From Orbicella franksi (lineage: Eukaryota): a DNA stretch of 64,000 nucleotides. The notes beneath the pieces are model-generated. The model was not told where the DNA came from. It made no database searches and saw only the letters and a program-made list of their open reading frames with translations. The stretch is from contig OZ116700.1 in assembly GCA_964199315.1 (NCBI GenBank), positions 11,160,001 through 11,224,000 on the forward strand, written 5' to 3'. Positions 23,184 to 64,000 of this stretch are shown piece by piece. The position numbers and the translations under genes are program-made. Each line of letters begins with the position of its first letter. Position 1 is the first letter of the stretch.

Positions 23184-24116
23184 TTCTTGTGATGTAGACA
23201 CGACATTAGCCAAAGGTTTGAAGGAAGAAGTGGAAGTACCTCGTTAAAAGGTGGCGAAGAAGGAGCGAAAAATATTTGCAATGCAAATGAGTCCCAGGGT
23301 CACCTGTCGTTCTTAGCTGGCGACCCGGATATCGCTCAGTTAGTACGCGCGCTGTGATTGGTGATTGATTAAAGTTGTTTTTGTTGCCTTTATGGCCACG
23401 TCTTCGCGCGTATTTTTGCAAGTAAAACTTTAAAACATTCTTTTACTTCTGAAATTGCAGTAGAAATGTAATTTAATAGATATCTTTGCTAACCTCGTTT
23501 TCTCGGTCCGTACTGTAAGTTACGGATCCTCATTTTTTTCCCCTTCGATTTGTGGCCCGCGGCCATAAATCGATGACGGCTCTCGAACTTGGTTAGTAAT
23601 AGGTATGCATTCTTAGGTAACTAAATATTCTCAGAAATATCCACTTGTTATTTTCTAACTAAAACCTTTGCATTAGTGCTTCTATCGAGTTACTTTTGAA
23701 CAATGGGAGCATGTATGTTTCATTATGGAGGAATTTACTGAAACTTTCTCTCCGTGAGCCAATTTTTAAGGAGGTATGGAACAGGAAGCGGGGGAGGGGG
23801 GAGGGGGGGAGAGACAGAGAGAGAGAGAGAGAGGAGTTTTTAAGCTAAACTGTCCGACCTATTTCCATTGGCAACAACGCTAATTTGAAAGGGAGGATGA
23901 TCAAGTTGTCTACGCATGGTAAAAAAAAGGACACAGTTGTGCGCGTTACGATTTGGCGTGATGATCCGATCTGGCACCTCTTCCTTATATATTAAGAGTG
24001 TATTTCTTAGTAGAAGTCCGTAATCCAGTTTCAATATCCCCCTCCAGCTAGTGTCCCTTTCTAAATAGCGACCCCTTACATAAAAACCTGGCATATTGCA
24101 ATTGTCAGTTGAGTAA

Positions 24117-24300
24117 CAGTGCCGGATCCGGACCTTGAGCTAAGGGTTGGGTGTGTGTGTGTGGGGGGGGGGGGGGGGGGGAGGGTGTGCGGGCGGTGTT
24201 GATTTGCTTGCCCTGTCGGCTTTTCTTCCTTATGTGATTTTGTCTTTTTTACCTAAAGTAGCGGGGGGGGGGGGGGGGGGCTCCCCTAGATCCGCCACTG
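24117..24300. mobile_element. MITE with CAGTG termini, 5-bp TSD and two poly-G tracts (hAT5-like)
   Basis: TIRs CAGTGCCGGATC / GATCCGCCACTG; direct flanks AGTAA at 24112-24116 and 24301-24305. Confidence 0.75.
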
Positions 24301-25470
24301 AGTAAGGCGCGACGGAGCTTTGGTGACGAACACGTTATTGCCACGGGCAACTTTCCTCGTTTCCAATGGTATCAATATCGTCGCCTGCAATTTTGCGCGC
24401 TTTGCTGCCAATGACGTCAAAGGCTGATAAGTTACCACTGGAAACGGAGCCAGTTGCCCTTGACAACAACACAAGTTGAACGTTAAATTGAACGTTAAAA
24501 CCTGGTCATCAAACTTTCGTCACGCCTTACTCAACTGACAGGGATTGACCAAAAAACCTTCACAGTGCACTCCGTAATTTATTCATGTAATTTCATAAGA
24601 ACCGTTTTGTGAAGGTTTAAAGATGATTTCCAGTACGTACTGCGCACTCTCGAGAGATTGTTTGCGTTTTTTGTTTTGTTTCATGTAAGACATCACAGAA
24701 TGTAAACATTTCGCAACTACTTCATTGAAGAAAATTCAAAGTTTCAAAACAACCGACATTATGGATGCGAAGCGGTTTATGCTTCGTTTTCACTCATGTC
24801 ACTTGATGAAATAACTTCGCAGCTGTAAGAATCAATGAAACTGTTGGAAAAGGAATTTGAAAGGACTCAAAGATAACGCATGTGGTTCGTAACGAATAAC
24901 ATCGATTCGCATTCCATCGAGTGGGATTTATAAAGTTTATAAATATTAAGGTGCTGAGACTGCGCAGTACGGACTAGAAATCATCTTTAATCTTCAGACT
25001 TGTATTCAGCATGTGAAGGATTATACAACTTCTTTTATTAAAAACTGGGTCATTGGATAACGCAATTCAAGCTAAATTTTCATTGCCTTAGCCATCATGG
25101 TATATATAAACAATAGCACCCATTTAGCGAGGAAATATATTTGTCCGAGGACATCCGCTCTCTGAGAAGCGAACAGTTTCCCGCGAGCGTATCTCAAAGA
25201 AAACTTGTGAGCTTGAGGAACTGATATGTGCGCGGACAAATATCCGAGCATATTTTCGCGCCAAATGGAGGCTATTGTGTTTTAAAATTATCCTTCAAAT
25301 ATTTTTCGCAACACGCGCGGTTTTGAAAATTAGGGAATATCACTCGAATATTCTCCAGTTTTGGTTCTGTTCCCTAGTTTAGCTCGTACTTTTAACTAGC
25401 CGGGGCTGTAATCATTCAAAACCCCACACCATTTATGTCTAACAAAGCAGCGAGAGTTTAAAAATGTAAC

Positions 25471-25476
25471 TTTATT
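25471..25476 (-). terminator. Candidate polyadenylation signal of the CHD gene
   Basis: AATAAA on the minus strand about 225 nt after the CHD stop codon. Confidence 0.4.
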
Positions 25477-25700
25477 TGCAGCAGCATGTATATTAATCAT
25501 TTGTCACCGAGCCATTTTTACATCTTGTTCGCGGGTGTTAAAAGACTTTTCATTCAAAACAAATCAAGGCAAAAATATAAATGATTTAAAAGATCGACCA
25601 AACGCGACAAAGTCCAACGTTCTTAGACAAAGTGGCATTGCCATTTCACGAGAAAAAAAAGAATACATTCCTGAGTATTGATAAAGCAGTGCTCTTCATT

Positions 25701-59720
<34,020 letters not shown>

Positions 59721-59900
59721 TTTTAGTCGTCACATATGGGCAGAAATGGAGCTTAGAAAGCCGGTGAAATAGGAAATAAATTACAGAGAGAAATGTGGAA
59801 AAATTCTTCGTTTCCGAAAGATGGCGACTGCGACTTGCGCAGCTGCCTTTGTCGGCGGCCGGTCGCCAACCTGAACTTGTGTTAACTAGGGAGAAACTGA
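59721..59900 (-). promoter_or_regulatory. Probable CHD 5' UTR / core promoter
   Basis: Locally CpG-rich stretch upstream of the ATG at 59720, with a YY1-type AAGATGGCG at 59818-59826. The TSS cannot be determined from sequence. Confidence 0.35.
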
Positions 59901-61925
59901 AAGATTGATCAAAACACCGTTGTGTCGTTTAAGTTTTCTCGCGTAATGTTGCACAAAATGAAACAATTTCTTGCAGTCAAAAACAATATATGTACTGGGT
60001 ATCTTAAGGACCCTCATTCTTAAACAGATAATTTACCGTTTTGGAATAAACGCATTTATTAGGAATGAGTGTTTCTGTTTTCTCCTTACGAATCATCACG
60101 TGACAAAAGAGTTTCCTTTTCACTGAGATCCTGCAGAACTCCTTGCTGAAAAATCCTGCTTTTTCACATGGTAACCGGCAAAGTGTACAAAACTCACCAC
60201 AAAACTTTAGTAACTGAAATGAAGTTTTAGATTTGGGTAACATGTATTTTACTTGAACAAATAAACAGAACAAAATAAAAAATTCAAGTGTGCATAAAAG
60301 TTGATCAAATTTTGAATTCTCCTCAACCACCGATTCAAGGAGTTGGCTAAATTTTAAAATAATAGATAGTCCATAATAAGCTAACTCTCTGTGATTGGCT
60401 GAATACTTAGTTGATTGACAGAATCCAGCTTTGCAGTTGAATACCACTCCCTTTAGCATCCCCCTTAGCTCATAGTAAATAAAAGATGCCTAATTTATGG
60501 AGCTAAATGCAACTTATTGTTTTTGTTGTTTTTTAACTGGGTTGAAAAGGGTAATGCTGTATTCCTTGTAATTTCTTCTTTCCTCAACCTTTTTTCAGTT
60601 TTCAACTTTTTAAAAAAATATTTCAGTAAATCCATACCCTCCCCCCCCCTCATGTAAGATGCAAGGTGTTTGAATCATCCAACCCTTCAGAAATTCCAGT
60701 TTAGCATTATACTTTTCTTTGCAATTTTTGGCTTTTAGGACCCTCTCTCCCACACAATTTGGAATTTCCAGAGACCTTCCACGGGGTGCATATGGATATT
60801 TTCTAAAATCCGAAACAAATGATCCCCCTTCCACTATTGCAAATTTTGAAAAAGATCTACCTTTCCATCTTAATTTTTGCAATAGTTCAGTGTCTTGCAA
60901 AAAAGAAAAAGATGCACAGATAAATACATTGGTGTGAACTGTTTGACCAGGAATTTTGTCTGAATATAATCTTCATTGGATTAATTACTCTGTTACTATG
61001 GCTTGACATTAAAATAATACTATCATTCATATATTTCGAAGAACTTGCATGGCAGGATAATCATAACATACAAGACTACTAAAAACCGCAGACAAGCATT
61101 TTGTTGATGGAACTTTTTAGGAGTACATACTACACTTGTGAACACTCCTTCAAAACTTAAGTCACCCTTCTGTAGCTGAGTCCCCAGTTATTAGTATTTT
61201 TGTACTTCTGAAGCAATGTGCATCCTATCTCCCAACTTCATAAACTAGCCAAGGCAGTAATCTTGAGTCAATAGCCAAGTTCCTTTTAAATGTTTTCATG
61301 CTTGGCAAAAGAATGAAACCTTTCATGGGTCCTCCTGGAAACCAAATTAGACCTGTCAGCGATAATCACACTACATCCTAATCACAAGGCTGTGAAACAA
61401 GTGCATCAGAACTTCAAGAGAATGCTTTTATCTATGTTTTGAGTGGCTTAAAGCAAAATGTTTATTTTTAGTAATTCAGAGTAATGTTATAGTCAACTGC
61501 CACAGTAAGACATCCTTTGGATTGGAATAAGCATAGGCTGTGGAGTGGTATTGTATCTTATGGGATCGCAAAGTATCAATGTTCACATCTATTGTTTGGA
61601 CCAAAACAGAGTGCCTGATTACGAGAAGTATTGTCTGCCACTATCTTGAGATCAAAGTGATTTTATCCCAAGTTAGAGCAATCAGTATAAAGAAATTCCT
61701 TTAGAGTATTGATCAATGACAGCGATAAAGGAAAGCATCAACTGAGGGTATTCTCTTGATGTATCAACAAACTCTACAAAGTTTTTCTCAGAGGAATGAG
61801 TATCAATCAACAAGGAGTATTATTTTATATTTCCAGGTGGGATTGAAAAGGTTAATGATGAATAGTTCAGAAAAAAAAGATAGTACAAAAAATAATGGAA
61901 CACAGTAAATCTTTTAACTACGTCA

Positions 61926-61931
61926 TTTATT
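61926..61931 (-). terminator. Candidate SSR3 polyadenylation signal
   Basis: AATAAA on the minus strand about 50 nt after the stop. Confidence 0.5.
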
Positions 61932-61979
61932 AAAATCAATAAATGGAAGACAGCTGAGCCACTTTGATCCTTTTCCTTC

Positions 61980-64000
61980 TCAAGCAGATGATCCAGTTGA
62001 CAGCAAAGCTAGCACACCACCAGCTAAGGATGTGGACAGCAGATAGTTTCTAAAATGCTGTTAAGGAAATGCCATGACAGCAAGGTGTACATACAAATTA
62101 GCGACAAATCTGTGAAGTTTAAAACTTGGCTTTTCACTAGTCTCAAACAAGTGACAAAACATTTTCACCTAATATTAGTAAATGAATATGTTAAAATTAT
62201 CTAATAATATTATTAATTAATATATGATAACCAGTTGACCCTCAAATAAAAACGTCCTATTTACAGACGCCAAAGATAAAAGGGTCTCATGTAATTTTCT
62301 TGTAATACTGTTGTCAAAGGTCCACAATGAAAAACGAAATTCACACATTTTTTACTTAAAATGGTTGATATATGTAGAAAAATTAATGCACATTACACAA
62401 ATGACAATAACTAAGAAGACTTTTTGTTGGTGCTACACGAAGTATACAAGGAAACTGCTGTCTGTATCACTGCAGGCCAGTGTTAAACGTACGCATCGAA
62501 CCGAGCCATTGAACCACCCATGTTTTGACTTCCCAGATGGATTTAAACATTCTGGATTCAGTCATTTTGTCTTTGTGTTGTAAAATTCATTATATAAGAA
62601 ATCAAAAAGGAATGACAAATAATTGTGAGACTGTTTTCATCTCTAATTTAAATCTCAAAAAGGAGGTTGTCCGGGCAGGCAACTTGGTATGTTTTTCTTG
62701 TCACCTAAAGATGGAAGCCGGTTACCTAAGGTGAACGGGTGCTGTTAGAGCACAGCCTTGACCTGACAGTGGGAGAAAATCAACAAGCACTTCTACTAAG
62801 ACTTTTTTCAAATTGAAGGGAATGAAGAACCTCCTGGTTTAGCAGTGCCAGCACTGACAAACTAGGAAGGGTTAGTAATCAAGCCTACCACCAACCTGTC
62901 CCTTAGTAACAATTCCCATAAAAGAGGTAGATAATGTAAAGGATACGCAGCAGGATTGAATGTTCGCAGAACATAAAATGATGCTATCAGAATCAAGAAT
63001 AGGTACAGGGCATTGTTGTAAAATATGGAGAAAGTGATGGCTTCAGTTTCAGCAACCTTGTTCTTTTTCCAAAGGATTCTACAAAACAAAGTCATAACTT
63101 AACATTAGTTTTACAACATTATCATTTTACACAGACTTACATAACCATTAAAATTGCAGCCAATTAAATAGGTAAGCACTCGGCTTCAACACACATGGCT
63201 CCACCTCCTTAAAGGAACTAATCCCAAGCTCATCTATTGCTGCTGAGTTTAAATAGGGATAAATAACTGTTTTTCTACACTGCATACAGAAAAAGGAACC
63301 TTTAACATGGTACAAACATAAACTGAAAACACAAAATCAATGTGGTTTACCCCCTATAATTTGAACTCCAGAGAGCTTGAATTTCCCCTTAACCCAAACC
63401 AAACTTGATTTCCCCTGGATTTGCCTCTTTCACGGACTGGTATTACCCTTGGTTACTCAAACCCGTCCAAAATTAAACCTCCTGCTAATTTGAAGCAATT
63501 CTATTCTTTCAGGTCATTTTCTCTCAAACTTCATTGGTCAAAGTCCAATTTGTCAAAGTTTTTCTGAGTGATGGGCTGAAAGAGATTAGTGTGAAGTATC
63601 AGAGATGATTACAAGACTATTTTTGAGTGGTCCTTTTCTCTTTTTATTAAAACAAATTGTTGCAGCTATGTACTGCAGCAGCTAACCAAAGTATTTGTCT
63701 GCTGCTCTCTTATGTTTTATTCTCTTCAGATCTGTTATGATTTATTATGTTTGCAAACTACTGTTCTTGTGCTACTCTTTCTTTGTTATGAACCTTACTG
63801 AAACAAATAGTTCTATTTCCAAATTTTTCAGTGATTCATTGCCACCTCCCGATAGCACAATCCCTCAATAACTCAAACTTTCCTTGATTTTCCTTGAAGG
63901 TTTGAATCATTGAGAGTCAGTTGTATGTATTATAACACATAAAAGATGTTTAAGCTGGATGAAATTTTATTTCAACCTTTCATCCTTTTCTTGGCGTGTC
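61980..64000 (-). CDS. SSR3: Translocon-associated protein subunit gamma (TRAP-gamma), 3' exons
   Basis: Exons >=64000-63977, 63078-62947, 62049-61980 join to ...TRQEKDE|[44 protein letters not shown]|[23 protein letters not shown], matching the SSR3 C-terminus ([23 protein letters not shown]...). Confidence 0.95.
62050..62946 (-). other. U12-type GT-AG intron in SSR3
   Basis: Perfect 5' splice site GTATCCTTT; perfect branch point TTTCCTTAAC (62069-62060) 10 nt before the end of the intron. Confidence 0.92.

Noticed and set aside
59821-59874. ATGGCG start of a divergent + strand gene
   Set aside because: The frame closes after 17 codons and no downstream + strand exons were found; better read as a YY1-type promoter motif.
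60004-60459. 151-aa ORF between SSR3 and CHD
   Set aside because: Non-ATG start, no recognisable motif or splice context, and it lies in the presumed promoter; only expression or conservation data could rescue it.

Overview
AT-rich, intron-rich animal genomic DNA. The repeat families and gene style suggest a cnidarian, probably a stony coral (inference). All exon models were assembled by hand from splice signals and reading-frame continuity. Four spliced genes: (1) + strand, 3' end of a Pro/Gly/Arg-rich RGG-tailed protein (144-4571, possibly WDR33-like); (2) - strand orphan gene missed by the ORF track as a unit (first exon 23183-22891, at least 4 frame-compatible exons); (3) - strand complete CHD3/4/5 (Mi-2) chromatin remodeller, 59720-25701, 47 coding exons, about 2340 aa; (4) - strand 3' end of SSR3/TRAP-gamma (61980 to window end). 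SSR3 and CHD each carry a U12-type (minor spliceosome) GT-AG intron. Intergenic and intronic DNA holds a solo LTR, a young RTE LINE with TSD, a decayed pogo-like transposase with a PHD tail, MITEs with 5-6 bp TSDs, several tandem repeats, a tRNA-like repeat and a possible decayed hammerhead ribozyme. The most unusual signal: several unrelated foldback repeat families contain inverted-arm plus 6-bp asymmetric-spacer sites (two of them as site triplets) shaped like tyrosine-recombinase targets. No CRISPR, rRNA or bona fide tRNA was found.
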